Source: a virus. From it: a DNA stretch of 64,000 bases. The DNA lies in the IMG/VR virus record IMGVR_UViG_3300000117_000009, positions 32,001-96,000 of that record; one strand, given 5' to 3'. This document shows, in pieces, positions 1 through 9,353 of the stretch (its first letter is position 1; each line of letters begins with the position of its first letter). Under the pieces are notes generated by a model. It was not told the origin of the DNA, did not search any database, and saw nothing but the letters and a program-made list of their open reading frames with translations. The position numbers and the translations under genes were made by a program.

Positions 1-216
1 AAAGAAGTCAAACAATATATAAGATATTTAGCTGATAGGCGACTAATACAGCTTGGTTTAAAACCTAATTTTAAAGTTAAACATAATCCGCTAGACTGGT
101 TAGACTGGATTATTAATGGAGACAGTTTTAAAAACTTCTTCGAAGGTACTGTCACAGACTACAATGCTGATGGCATGAGTGGCGACAGTTGGGGTTGGGA
201 AAATATTAAAGATTAA
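1..216 (+). CDS. nrdB: Ribonucleotide reductase class Ia beta subunit, C-terminal fragment (5' end outside window)
   Basis: Frame +1 reads KEVKQYIRYLADRRLIQLGLKP...NPLDWLD...NFFEGTVTDY to TAA at 214-216; YxADRRL..LG and NFFE..V..Y are typical of the R2 C-terminus; thioredoxin follows. Confidence 0.9.
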   Translation, partial: KEVKQYIRYLADRRLIQLGLKPNFKVKHNPLDWLDWIINGDSFKNFFEGTVTDYNADGMSGDSWGWENIKD

Positions 217-224
217 GGAGATTT

Positions 225-467
225 ATGAAAACAGAACTATTATTTTTTAGTGCACCTTGGTGCAGTCCTTGCAAACAAATGAAGAGTATGATTAACGAAA
301 GCATACAGAATGAATTAAATATAAAAATAATCGATATATCAGAAGATATGGAAACAGCTGCAAAATATCAAGTTATGAATGTACCTACTTTTGTTAAAAT
401 TCAAGATGGTAAAGTTATTTCTAGAAAAATTGGATCAACAACAATAGATAGATTAAAATTATTGTAA
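225..467 (+). CDS. Thioredoxin
   Basis: FSAPWCSPCK (CxxC), VPT cis-Pro motif, AGGAG RBS, adjacent to nrdB. Confidence 0.92.
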   Translation: MKTELLFFSAPWCSPCKQMKSMINESIQNELNIKIIDISEDMETAAKYQVMNVPTFVKIQDGKVISRKIGSTTIDRLKLL

Positions 468-489
468 TAATATTAAAAGTTTATATAAT
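462..489 (+). promoter_or_regulatory. Putative sigma70-like promoter TTGTAA-N16-TATAAT upstream of clpP
   Basis: Read directly in the intergenic sequence; variant of the recurring GTGTAA motif. Confidence 0.4.
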
Positions 490-515
490 AAAAAAAACAA
501 AAGAAAGATTAACTA

Positions 516-1118
516 ATGAATTTTTTAACTGAGGTTTCTCCACTGATTAAAACTCTAGAGCTCAAGCAAGAACCTGTTATTATCACTATAAATAACTTTG
601 ACGAAGAATCAGCTTCTGCTTTTTCTGAAGCTGTTAGCATTGCACATAATACAGGACAAAAAGTTATTCCTGTTATTATTGACTCTTACGGCGGTCAAGC
701 TTACTCTTTACTCTCGATGATTTCAACTATTAAGTCTTCAACGATTCCTGTTGCAACGATCATTAGAGGTAAAGCTATGTCTTGTGGATCAATCTTAGCA
801 TGTTTTGGTGACGACGGCCTTAGATTTATGGATAAAGACGCAACACTTATGATTCACGATGTTGCATCAACAGCTTTTGGAAAAGTTGAAGAGCTTAAAG
901 CAGATGCAAGAGAAGCTGATCGACTTAATAAAAAAGTCTATAAAATGATGGCAAGAAATTGCGGCAAAGCAGATGACTACTTTTTAAATCTTATTCACGA
1001 TAAAGGTCACGCAGATTGGTTTTTAGATGCTGAAGAAGCAAAAGAACATAATTTGGTACAACATTTAAGAGTACCCAATCTAAAAGGAAAAGTTACAGTT
1101 ACAATCGATTTAGAATAA
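516..1118 (+). CDS. clpP: ClpP-family serine protease
   Basis: IDSYGG, GKAMSCGS (catalytic Ser), LMIHD (His), DWFLDAEEA (Asp). Confidence 0.88.
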   Translation: MNFLTEVSPLIKTLELKQEPVIITINNFDEESASAFSEAVSIAHNTGQKVIPVIIDSYGGQAYSLLSMISTIKSSTIPVATIIRGKAMSCGSILACFGDDGLRFMDKDATLMIHDVASTAFGKVEELKADAREADRLNKKVYKMMARNCGKADDYFLNLIHDKGHADWFLDAEEAKEHNLVQHLRVPNLKGKVTVTIDLE

Positions 1119-1150
1119 TATTTATCTATATAAAAAAGAAAGATAAACGC

Positions 1151-1630
1151 ATGACAGATCGTCTATTAAAAAAATACATTAAAAATCACATTTACTTTCA
1201 CAATAAATCAAAAAACTTATTTGAGACATTCTTTCGCAGACATAATAACTTAAACAACAGAAGTCTAATGGAAATTAGTGAAAAAACAATTTCTCAAGAC
1301 TTCCAAATCGCGAAAGAATTTATCAGTAAAGCTGTAAAAACAGAGAAGTCAGCTTTTTATTGTTTAAACTTATTAATAGAAAATCTTTCTTCCTATACAG
1401 CGTACTTAGAAATTCCTAGCAAATCATCAAATAACAACATAGAATTTGCTCTTAAAAAAAGCTTTTCAAACAAAGGAGAAGAAGAACTAACTGATGATAA
1501 TGTAAGATCTTTTATTACATTTACTCTTCAATGCCTTGAACTTCTTTTAAAGACTAAGCCAAGTATTACATCTGATTATAAGTCCCGAGAAGAAAAAATT
1601 ATTAAAAAAATAAAGCAAGAAAATACATGA
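1151..1630 (+). CDS. Hypothetical protein with N-terminal LLKKYIK tag
   Basis: 159-aa ORF beginning MTDRLLKKYIKN. Confidence 0.6.
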   Translation: MTDRLLKKYIKNHIYFHNKSKNLFETFFRRHNNLNNRSLMEISEKTISQDFQIAKEFISKAVKTEKSAFYCLNLLIENLSSYTAYLEIPSKSSNNNIEFALKKSFSNKGEEELTDDNVRSFITFTLQCLELLLKTKPSITSDYKSREEKIIKKIKQENT

Positions 1631-1682
1631 CATAATTTTATATTCTTAATAATATATATTTTTATAATAAAAGAGGTTAACT

Positions 1683-2654
1683 TTGAAAAATAAATTAGAA
1701 AATTATATATACGAGCAGATTTTGATACTAGAGCAACGCCAGCTTATTAATGAAAATAAAGTATTAAAAGGACTAACTGCAGCCGGCCTATCAGCTGCAA
1801 TTTATTTTGCAACTATTTTTTTACAGAATAATGATGTCATACCAGATGAAGTTGCAGACAAAGCTGAGCAAAGCGCAACTTTGACACAAAGTCAATTAGA
1901 TCAAATTCAAAAAGGTGCTGAAGAAGCCCAGCGATTAATAGATCAAGGTACTGATCCTAAAAACATAATTATACATCAAAAAGAACCTGGTGTAGCCATA
2001 GCTTTTAAAACTTTGTTTATGAATTCTGATCAACCAACAGACGCTGAACTAGAAAACTTAGCGCCCGGCGAAAAAATACCTATTGCAAGTGTAGAAGAAG
2101 TTACGCAAGAACACATAGAACATGTGTTCAAGTATACACCAGAACAAATAAAAGAATATTTGAATACAGAGTCTGCAAGAGATGCTTTAACTATAGACTT
2201 CGGTGAAGAAGAAATTTGTCTTTTAGATATCGGTCAAAGTGAATTATCAGAAATAATGAATAATCCAAACAGTAAAGCTTTTAAGCATGTCTCAAAAGAA
2301 GTTCTTTCTAGAAGAATACAAGCCCGCGATGCAACATGGGATGCAATTGAAGCTTTTAGTGAAGACTATGAAAATACTTGGGATCAAAACGAAGCTGTCA
2401 AAAATATTAAGAGCGGATCAAGAGATAGCATTGGTGTAGGTAAAGCAATTGAAGCTTATATGAAAAATAAAAATGCAGATGCTTATCTCGATATTGTTAT
2501 TGATGCGTTTAACAACGGTAAAGTTCAAGATCAAAGTCAAGTTGACCAGTTTATTGATAATACAGACTTAGATGACTTTTCTAGTGAAGATTCTGAAGAC
2601 GATCGTGATATTTATAGAGACACAGAAGAAGTAATAGACTTTTTGGCAAACTAA
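1683..2654 (+). CDS. Acidic hypothetical protein with N-terminal tag and one hydrophobic segment
   Basis: TTG start with GAGG RBS; KLENYIYEQILILE...LINE followed by GLTAAGLSAAIYFATIFL. Confidence 0.65.
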   Translation: MKNKLENYIYEQILILEQRQLINENKVLKGLTAAGLSAAIYFATIFLQNNDVIPDEVADKAEQSATLTQSQLDQIQKGAEEAQRLIDQGTDPKNIIIHQKEPGVAIAFKTLFMNSDQPTDAELENLAPGEKIPIASVEEVTQEHIEHVFKYTPEQIKEYLNTESARDALTIDFGEEEICLLDIGQSELSEIMNNPNSKAFKHVSKEVLSRRIQARDATWDAIEAFSEDYENTWDQNEAVKNIKSGSRDSIGVGKAIEAYMKNKNADAYLDIVIDAFNNGKVQDQSQVDQFIDNTDLDDFSSEDSEDDRDIYRDTEEVIDFLAN

Positions 2655-2676
2655 TTTTATACTATAGGATTTTATA

Positions 2677-3471
2677 ATGGAACAGTTTACAACATTAAAC
2701 AAAAACAAAGACTACGTTATCTCACTGCAACAAGAAGTTGGTGTTAAAGCTGATGGCGTTTATGGACCTAACACACATAAAGCTGTAAAAAACTATTTTG
2801 GCATGCCAATTATCATGCATATGGGTAAAGTTATTCCTATTGACTCTCCTTTAGAAATCGACTGGTCAGCACCTCTTTATGAATTAGACGACGGTACAAA
2901 AAATTGGTATAAAAGAAAAACTGATCCTTCTACTATATGTGTTCACTGGGGAGGACTTAATAGCAGACACTGTTATAATGTATTTAACATGGCAAGAGGG
3001 CGTCACGTTTCTTCTCACTTTTTAATTGGTAAAAATCATAAAACAGGCGAGTTTGAAATTTTACAGTGCCTAGATACAGGTCTGGCTGCTTATCATGCTG
3101 GCAAATTTAATAAATATTCAATAGGCATTGATATATGCATGCACCCAGATTTACGTTATTGGGACAAGACGCGAAAGTGGTACCCAGATGCTTACAGAGA
3201 AGTAATGGAAAATATTGACCCAAGAGTAGATGGTAAAGAGATAGCTATGATTGGCGACGACTTTTCAGATCTATGTCGCCAATTTTTACAATCTTTAAGA
3301 GAAGCAACTAACTTAGATGAAAAGCCTGTATGTGAATCTTTTGATGTAATGTCTGTCAAGGAAGCTTCGAAATATAGCATAGTAGGACACCACAACATAT
3401 CAGCTAAAAAATGGGATGTTATACCTTGGGCAGAAAAGCTTTATTACGGATTAGATGAAGATATTGTTTAA
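2677..3471 (+). CDS. N-acetylmuramoyl-L-alanine amidase (Amidase_2) with N-terminal peptidoglycan-binding motif; probable endolysin
   Basis: LQ..VGVKADGVYGPNT PG-binding motif; CVHW, VSSHFLI, AYHAG, SIGIDI, IVGHHNI, KWD. Confidence 0.85.
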   Translation: MEQFTTLNKNKDYVISLQQEVGVKADGVYGPNTHKAVKNYFGMPIIMHMGKVIPIDSPLEIDWSAPLYELDDGTKNWYKRKTDPSTICVHWGGLNSRHCYNVFNMARGRHVSSHFLIGKNHKTGEFEILQCLDTGLAAYHAGKFNKYSIGIDICMHPDLRYWDKTRKWYPDAYREVMENIDPRVDGKEIAMIGDDFSDLCRQFLQSLREATNLDEKPVCESFDVMSVKEASKYSIVGHHNISAKKWDVIPWAEKLYYGLDEDIV

Positions 3472-3499
3472 TTAATCTTTAAAATTATATTTATTGTAT

Positions 3500-3528
3500 G
3501 TGTAAATTTCATATATTTGTCATATAAT
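3500..3528 (+). promoter_or_regulatory. Putative promoter GTGTAA-N17-TATAAT upstream of thyX
   Basis: Motif recurs upstream of several + strand metabolism genes. Confidence 0.65.
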
Positions 3529-3552
3529 CTTAATATAAAAAAAAGGTTTTAA

Positions 3553-4266
3553 ATGACAAATATACACTATCTTTATGACGACAATATAGGTAAAGTTGAA
3601 TTGGTCCAACATATGGGCGAAGACATAACAGTTGTTAACTCTGCTAGAGTATCTTTTGGAGTGCAAAAAGACAATCTAGATATAAAAGATCAGAAACTAA
3701 TTAACTATTTAATTAAGCATAGACACACTTCTACGTTAGAACATAATATTGCAACATTTAGAATTAAAGTGCCGCTATTCGTAAGGTCACAACATCATAG
3801 ACACAGAACATGGTCTTATAATGAAATAAGTAGAAGATATACTGATTCTGATATTAAGTTTTATGAGCCCGTTAGATTTAGAACACAACATAAAAGTAAC
3901 AGACAGGCTTCAAATCTAGAAGACACAATTAATCCTTTAATTAACTATAAAACAGACTATAGCTCACAACTTTATAAAAAAACAGCTTCAGACGCTATTT
4001 GTGATCACCATAAAATCTCACTCAAGCTTTTTGATGACCTATTAGCTTCAGGTATTTGTAGAGAGCAAGCTAGAGGCATTTTACCACAGAATCTCTATAC
4101 AGAATATTATGCAACGGCTAATTTAAATAATATACTAAAGTTTATTAATTTAAGATCACATGAAGGTGCACAGTGGGAAATACAAAGACTATCTGATAGC
4201 ATGTTATCTATTGTAAAAGAACTTTGGCCTGTAACTGTTAATAGTTTTATTAATAACCATAAATAG
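3553..4266 (+). CDS. thyX: FAD-dependent thymidylate synthase ThyX
   Basis: NSARVS, HTSTLEH, canonical RHRTWSYNEISRRY, EQARGILP, LRSHEGAQWEI. Confidence 0.95.
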   Translation: MTNIHYLYDDNIGKVELVQHMGEDITVVNSARVSFGVQKDNLDIKDQKLINYLIKHRHTSTLEHNIATFRIKVPLFVRSQHHRHRTWSYNEISRRYTDSDIKFYEPVRFRTQHKSNRQASNLEDTINPLINYKTDYSSQLYKKTASDAICDHHKISLKLFDDLLASGICREQARGILPQNLYTEYYATANLNNILKFINLRSHEGAQWEIQRLSDSMLSIVKELWPVTVNSFINNHK

Positions 4267-4297
4267 ACAATAATTACTATGTTTAGAAGGAGTCAAC

Positions 4298-4660
4298 ATG
4301 AAAACAAAAATTCTCTTAGAAAGACATAATGATTTAGTTAATACTCTTATAAGATGTCGTATAAAAATTGAAGATCGAGAAGATCCAACCGTCTTAGATA
4401 TAATGACAGATATGAGAGCATTACCAGGAGTTGTAACTGTTAGACAGACAAGACCCATATCAGACACGGTTACGTCTTACGGACACAGACTAATAGAGCT
4501 TAATGTGTCTTATATTCCTGCTTTTATTGAAGATAGTGATCCTTTTATGACAATGATCAGATCTTTAAAAAAAGTTGAAGGTATTGATATGATTAAGGTA
4601 ATGGAACACGACGAACAATCAATTAATGTAAAAATACAGAAAACACCACTAATTATTTGA
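4298..4660 (+). CDS. Hypothetical protein, possibly ACT/ferredoxin-like fold
   Basis: AGGAG RBS; two repeats of a helix-PGV/EGI-strand pattern (MRALPGVVTV; LKKVEGIDMI). Confidence 0.55.
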   Translation: MKTKILLERHNDLVNTLIRCRIKIEDREDPTVLDIMTDMRALPGVVTVRQTRPISDTVTSYGHRLIELNVSYIPAFIEDSDPFMTMIRSLKKVEGIDMIKVMEHDEQSINVKIQKTPLII

Positions 4661-4670
4661 AAGGAAAAAA

Positions 4671-4895
4671 ATGAATTTAAACGATACAACAATTGCGCAA
4701 ATTGTTAGACTGATACAGATGGCACTTCTTACTGGAACTGATATTGTTGATCACTTAAGAATGTTAATGCTAGAAGTAGATGAAAACCAAAAGCTAGTAA
4801 TTAATAGTGAGTACGAAAGAGTCTTTAATGAGTCACTTGAAAAAATGATGTCTAATATAAGTGAAAGAGAAAGTGAACCTGTTGCAAAAGACTAG
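4671..4895 (+). CDS. Small hypothetical protein
   Basis: AAGGA RBS; operonic ORF. Confidence 0.6.
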   Translation: MNLNDTTIAQIVRLIQMALLTGTDIVDHLRMLMLEVDENQKLVINSEYERVFNESLEKMMSNISERESEPVAKD

Positions 4896-5268
4896 CTTAG
4901 ATAAACTTGATATTCTCTTTGATAAAAGAGAGACTTTTATGGAACTTATCAAGAAAAAATACCCAGACTCATACAAAGATTGGCCTTTAGACATTTCAGA
5001 GAAAAGTAGTCAAGTTTTACTTAGAGACACTGCGCTCAAAGGCGTCGAAGAAATGTTTGAAGCACTAGGACATTTAAAGAACTGGAAGCCTCATAGAGAT
5101 ACTGATATGCCTGAGATTGATAGAGAAGAATTCTTAGAAGAAATAGTTGATGCCTTTAATTACTTCTTTTCTTTAATAATTTTAATGGGTGTTGATGTTA
5201 ATGAATTTTATAATGCTTTTAATAAAAAAGACGAGATAATAAGAAATAGAATTAAAAGCAACTATTGA
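4861..5268 (+). CDS. All-alpha NTP pyrophosphohydrolase (dimeric dUTPase/dCTPase/MazG superfamily)
   Basis: EEMFEA...NWKPH...EEFLEEIVDAFNY...KKDEII; ExxE...EExxD metal motifs and the WKxW/H signature. Confidence 0.8.
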   Translation: MKEKVNLLQKTSLDKLDILFDKRETFMELIKKKYPDSYKDWPLDISEKSSQVLLRDTALKGVEEMFEALGHLKNWKPHRDTDMPEIDREEFLEEIVDAFNYFFSLIILMGVDVNEFYNAFNKKDEIIRNRIKSNY

Positions 5269-5277
5269 TTTATTTAC

Positions 5278-5306
5278 GTGTAAATATTAAATTTATAAAT
5301 TATAAT
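5278..5306 (+). promoter_or_regulatory. Putative promoter GTGTAA-N17-TATAAT
   Basis: Intergenic, upstream of the ThyX-like gene and its AAGGAG RBS. Confidence 0.65.
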
Positions 5307-5334
5307 AAATTGGTAATAATAAAGGAGATAAATT

Positions 5335-6306
5335 TTGCCAATTAATAATGATCTTAAACAAGTCACTCTTCCAATGGAACTTAAGTTTGACCAAGTTCCT
5401 GTAACTAACTACATTAACAATCTAGAATCACTTAACATTGAACTAATTGATGGCCCTACTAGAGAACAAGCACAAAAAATTGCTTGGCACATGACAAAAG
5501 CAACATGGGCTGATACGCCTGCAGAAACTGCATTTGAAAACTCTACACCTGAAGAGGCTTCTCTTAATCTTCAAGATGTTCTTAATTTTAGAGCTCTTCC
5601 GACGCCGATGGAATGTTTAGGTTTTACTTTTAAAATTAGCGGAATTGATACACAAACAGTAACACATTTAATTAGACATAGAGCAGGTTCTTTTGCAGCA
5701 CAATGTACTGGCGATAGAGACCTTAGAAACGATAATGTTTTAGTTCCTGAGTCTGTTGAAAATTCAGACTTTCATCATCGATTTATTGAAGTTGCTGCTG
5801 CAGCAAAACAACTTTATTCTGATATGGTTGACTCACGTGCTGTATCACTTATGGACGCAAGAGTTATTCTACCTAAAGCATTAGAAACTTTTTATGTTGC
5901 AAGATTTAATCTTAAAGACTTAATTGGTTTTATTCGTCAACGTCAAGATGTACAAATTCAGCCAGAAGTAGACAATATTATTGCAACTCGTATTGCAAAA
6001 ATTGTTTGTACATCAATTCCTGAAGTTTCTACTTGCTTAAACTTTGAAAAACCAGACATGCATTATGTTCGAACTTTCCGTGTTGAATTACCTGACGGTA
6101 CATTTACATCTCGTGGAACAAATCTTTATTATCCAGAGCCTAAAAACGACTTGTTTGAGTTTAACGAAAAAGACGCTATTTATTCATGTCGTCGTGAAGA
6201 AATTAATGGAAACAAGAAAGGTGAAGAAAAAATCTTTACTAGAATGTGGAACGATGATGTTAAAGCTGTAAGACAAATTAGACAAAATTTAGACAGCGAG
6301 TTTTAA
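5335..6306 (+). CDS. Divergent ThyX-family flavoenzyme (Cys at the position of the motif Ser)
   Basis: THLIRHRAGSFAAQCTGDRD, DARVILP, FIRQR...QPE; TTG start; N- and C-terminal extensions relative to the canonical ThyX. Confidence 0.8.
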   Translation: MPINNDLKQVTLPMELKFDQVPVTNYINNLESLNIELIDGPTREQAQKIAWHMTKATWADTPAETAFENSTPEEASLNLQDVLNFRALPTPMECLGFTFKISGIDTQTVTHLIRHRAGSFAAQCTGDRDLRNDNVLVPESVENSDFHHRFIEVAAAAKQLYSDMVDSRAVSLMDARVILPKALETFYVARFNLKDLIGFIRQRQDVQIQPEVDNIIATRIAKIVCTSIPEVSTCLNFEKPDMHYVRTFRVELPDGTFTSRGTNLYYPEPKNDLFEFNEKDAIYSCRREEINGNKKGEEKIFTRMWNDDVKAVRQIRQNLDSEF

Positions 6307-6335
6307 TATAAAACTGTTACAGAAAACAAACTTCT

Positions 6336-6364
6336 GTGTAAAACAATTAAAAACATGGTAATTT
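6336..6364 (+). promoter_or_regulatory. Putative promoter GTGTAA-N17-TAATAT
   Basis: Intergenic, upstream of the NDT-family gene. Confidence 0.55.
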
Positions 6365-6385
6365 ATTTATAAAAGGAACAATTTA

Positions 6386-6835
6386 ATGAAAAAGATTTAT
6401 CTTGCAAGTGGTTGGTTTAATCCAGTTCAAGCAGAAGAACTTACTAATTTAGAGAATATTTTTGATGCAAGATCTGATCATTTTGATCTTGCATCACCTA
6501 GAAGAATTTTTGTTTGTCCTCCTAATGCGCCAAAGGAAGTTCAGGATGAAACTTTTACTGGTAACTTGCACCATATTGAAACAGCAGACTTTTTACTAGT
6601 TAATACTCGCGACAAAGATATTGGCACAATTTGGGAGGCTGGCTATGCATTTGCATTTAAAAAGCCAATTATCTATTTTTGCGCAGGTCTTCCAGAAGGT
6701 GCTAAATTTAATCTTATGTTAGCAAGAAGTGGTATTAAGGTCTGCACATCTTTTGAGCAGCTTGAAGAATACTTGGATAGAGTAATATCTACAGGCGAGC
6801 TACCTAATGAACCTTATGCAGCCGCAATTGAATAA
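6386..6835 (+). CDS. Nucleoside 2-deoxyribosyltransferase / nucleotide N-glycosidase (NDT, MilB/Rcl-like) family
   Basis: KIYLASGWF, DIGTIWEAGYA...KPI, FNLML. Confidence 0.88.
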   Translation: MKKIYLASGWFNPVQAEELTNLENIFDARSDHFDLASPRRIFVCPPNAPKEVQDETFTGNLHHIETADFLLVNTRDKDIGTIWEAGYAFAFKKPIIYFCAGLPEGAKFNLMLARSGIKVCTSFEQLEEYLDRVISTGELPNEPYAAAIE

Positions 6836-7094
6836 AAAGTTTTGGTCTTTCAAAGACACAAAAACTCACAAAAGAGTAAAAGAAAAATACTTAATTAAGC
6901 AAGTAATAAGGCTTTTTATTTTTGACAAAAGTTTTTTATTGCAAGTAAAGTGCAAAGAAGACAGAAATAAATTACAATATGTAATACCTTATAAGTTTAT
7001 GTCAAACATATGGCCACGAGGTTTTTACTCCGGCATTTCAGACAGTGGCATTGTTCATTTTACTGACAGTGACATTATACGAGTAATAGGATAA
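6807..7094 (+). CDS. Hypothetical protein
   Basis: Operonic ORF. Confidence 0.45.
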   Translation: MNLMQPQLNKKFWSFKDTKTHKRVKEKYLIKQVIRLFIFDKSFLLQVKCKEDRNKLQYVIPYKFMSNIWPRGFYSGISDSGIVHFTDSDIIRVIG

Positions 7095-7099
7095 TATAA

Positions 7100-7315
7100 A
7101 TGGCAAAATATAAAAAAATATTTAGAACATACTTCTTTCATAACATGTTTGGACATCCAATTATGGAAATTCTAAACAGTATAGGCAAAAGAGACTGGGC
7201 AGATTATGTTCACGATTATACTTTACCTAAAGAAGGTATTGATAAAAAAAGTACAGCAAATACAAAAGATGACGCGCCAGAAGTAAATAGAACAATTCGA
7301 CCAACAAAGGATTAA
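7100..7315 (+). CDS. Small hypothetical protein with HNxxGHPxxE...HDxT motif
   Basis: His-rich pattern FFHNMFGHPIMEIL...VHDYTLP. Confidence 0.55.
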   Translation: MAKYKKIFRTYFFHNMFGHPIMEILNSIGKRDWADYVHDYTLPKEGIDKKSTANTKDDAPEVNRTIRPTKD

Positions 7316-7319
7316 CGTT

Positions 7320-8138
7320 TTGCCAGAAGGACCTGAAGTAAAACTTTTTACTGAAAGACTTAATCAAAATTTTCGATATTACATGATTAAGTCTGTTGAA
7401 GTGCTAAGTGGTAGATACATTAAAAAGCCAATACAAAATCTAGAAGCACTAAACGGAAAAGAAATCAAAAGCTTTAATTGTAAAGGAAAGTTTATCTGGT
7501 TTGATTTAGACGATGTAATTGTTTTTAATACTTTAGGAATGACAGGCAGCTGGTCTAGACACAAAACAAAACATTCAAGAATAGCAATTAAATTTTACGA
7601 AAATGATACCGTATACTTTAACGATACAAGAAGCTTTGGTACGTTTCAGATTAAGTCTAGACAAGAACTTTCAAAAAAGTTAAAAAGCTTAGGCCCCGAT
7701 ATGTTGTCTAAGCCACCTGATACTGCAGAATTTATTCCTATATTTAGAAAGAAAAACAACAAAGACATATGCAGTGTTTTAATGAATCAAAACATTATTT
7801 CTGGAGTTGGCAATTATATCAAGGCTGAGTCTTTGTGGTATTCTAAAATTAATCCTCATGCTTTGATAAAAGATTTAACAGACGAAAATTTAGAAACTCT
7901 TAGGAAAGCAATATTGTTTGTTGTAAATAAGTCGTATCAAGAACAAGGTGCTTCAATAAAAGACTATTATACGTTTGATGAAGAAGAAGGCACAGCGACT
8001 GCTGGCTTTGTTGTGTACGGTAAGTCTAAAGATTACAACGGCCACAATGTAATAAAAGAGGAAACACTTGATAAGAGAGCAACTCATTGGGTTAAAGAAA
8101 GACAGATTTATGGAGTTAATCGACCTAAAACCAGGTGA
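7320..8138 (+). CDS. mutM: Fpg/Nei-family DNA glycosylase/AP lyase, zincless-finger type
   Basis: N-terminal PEGPEV, KGK, LGMTG, NDTRSFG, LGPD, H2TH GVGNYIKAESL; C-terminal RATHW with no Cys4 finger. Confidence 0.9.
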   Translation: MPEGPEVKLFTERLNQNFRYYMIKSVEVLSGRYIKKPIQNLEALNGKEIKSFNCKGKFIWFDLDDVIVFNTLGMTGSWSRHKTKHSRIAIKFYENDTVYFNDTRSFGTFQIKSRQELSKKLKSLGPDMLSKPPDTAEFIPIFRKKNNKDICSVLMNQNIISGVGNYIKAESLWYSKINPHALIKDLTDENLETLRKAILFVVNKSYQEQGASIKDYYTFDEEEGTATAGFVVYGKSKDYNGHNVIKEETLDKRATHWVKERQIYGVNRPKTR

Positions 8139-8301
8139 CTGCATTAAATACAATTTTTTGTATTCTAATGAAGAAGAGAAAATTGGATTAGTTACAAAAA
8201 TTAAAAAAGATAATAACTTTGCTTTCATGATCTATTTAGTTGACAATAAAGGTGCTATTGATGTTATACCGTTCAATATCATGGAGTATGAAAAAATATG
8301 A
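8113..8301 (+). CDS. Small hypothetical protein (SH3/KOW-like); start approximate, likely MELIDLKPGD
   Basis: LKPGDCIK...IGLVTKI pattern inside the 8068..8301 ORF. Confidence 0.4.
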   Translation, partial: ELIDLKPGDCIKYNFLYSNEEEKIGLVTKIKKDNNFAFMIYLVDNKGAIDVIPFNIMEYEKI

Positions 8302-8846
8302 ATATATTTGTATTGGATAAATCTGCTAAAAAGGCAGCTGAGTATCATTGCGACAAGCATGTAGTCAAAATGATTCTTGAGTCTGCACAAATGAAGTCGA
8401 CTGCACACTGGCTGCACTTGTTGTGGAGCAATAATAAGAATTTAAAAGATTTTAAAAGAGTTAGAGACGCTAAATTGTGGTTGCTGGAAAATACTAATCC
8501 GGCACTTCATCCGCCATACTCAATGACACACGTTAGACATCCATGCACTATATGGGTTTCTTCAACAGTACAAAATTATATGTGGCATTATGATTTGCTG
8601 TTTTATCTTTGCAAAGAGTATACGAAAAGATATGGTAAAATACATAAAACAGCAAATTATTTAAGCTGGTTTAAAAACAATATCCCGCAAGGTATGAAAA
8701 GCAGTAGTCTGGAAGACTTTGCAATTTGCATGAGAGAAGACTTTAAAATAAACAAAGATGCTGTTGCTTCTTATAGAAACTATTACAAAAAAGATAAAGT
8801 AAGGTTTGCTAAGTGGAAACTAAACAATACACCTATATGGTTTTAA
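8298..8846 (+). CDS. Pyrimidine-dimer DNA glycosylase (DenV-like) family protein
   Basis: MNIFVLD...A..HCDKHVVKMILESAQM, HxxHPCTIW, EYTKRYGKIH, SYRNYY. Confidence 0.8.
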   Translation: MNIFVLDKSAKKAAEYHCDKHVVKMILESAQMKSTAHWLHLLWSNNKNLKDFKRVRDAKLWLLENTNPALHPPYSMTHVRHPCTIWVSSTVQNYMWHYDLLFYLCKEYTKRYGKIHKTANYLSWFKNNIPQGMKSSSLEDFAICMREDFKINKDAVASYRNYYKKDKVRFAKWKLNNTPIWF

Positions 8847-9095
8847 ATGTCTTATGTAAAAGTAAATCATAACTATTTTTTAGATGATGAAGATATAGGA
8901 AAACTTATAAGTGTAAAATTTATGAATTACTATTATAATACTAAAGAAGAAATAAAATACTCTTTAATATTATCTTTTAAATATAAAAAAAACATTAGGC
9001 CTACACATATGATAATTCTTAAACCTGACTGTAGTCTTAAAAAAATACGTTTAGACTATAGCAGTCTTAATATTGAAATAAACTTTTTAAGTTAA
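8847..9095 (+). CDS. Hypothetical protein
   Basis: Operonic ORF. Confidence 0.45.
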   Translation: MSYVKVNHNYFLDDEDIGKLISVKFMNYYYNTKEEIKYSLILSFKYKKNIRPTHMIILKPDCSLKKIRLDYSSLNIEINFLS

Positions 9096-9104
9096 GGAAT
9101 TTAA

Positions 9105-9353
9105 ATGTCATCTTACTCAAAAGGATTAGAAGTTTCTGATCTCGTAACATTTATGCACAAAATTTTTAATAACCAATTTTCAGGCCCACGCACTGCGCTA
9201 GTCTTAAATAGAGAATATCTTTTTGAAAACAAAACAGAATATGGCATTAAAAAGTTTTTTGACTATAAAATGCTAGATACACAAAGTAACAAAGTATATA
9301 ACGTTAAAACAAGAGACATAAAAGTCGTTAAAATTTTAAAAGGAAGCAATTAA
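9105..9353 (+). CDS. Hypothetical protein
   Basis: AAGGA RBS; operonic ORF. Confidence 0.5.
   Translation: MSSYSKGLEVSDLVTFMHKIFNNQFSGPRTALVLNREYLFENKTEYGIKKFFDYKMLDTQSNKVYNVKTRDIKVVKILKGSN

Noticed and set aside
4861-5268. Z-genome (2-aminoadenine) pathway
   Set aside because: No PurZ or DatZ-type HD hydrolase is visible in this window, and the neighbouring genes point to pyrimidine metabolism.
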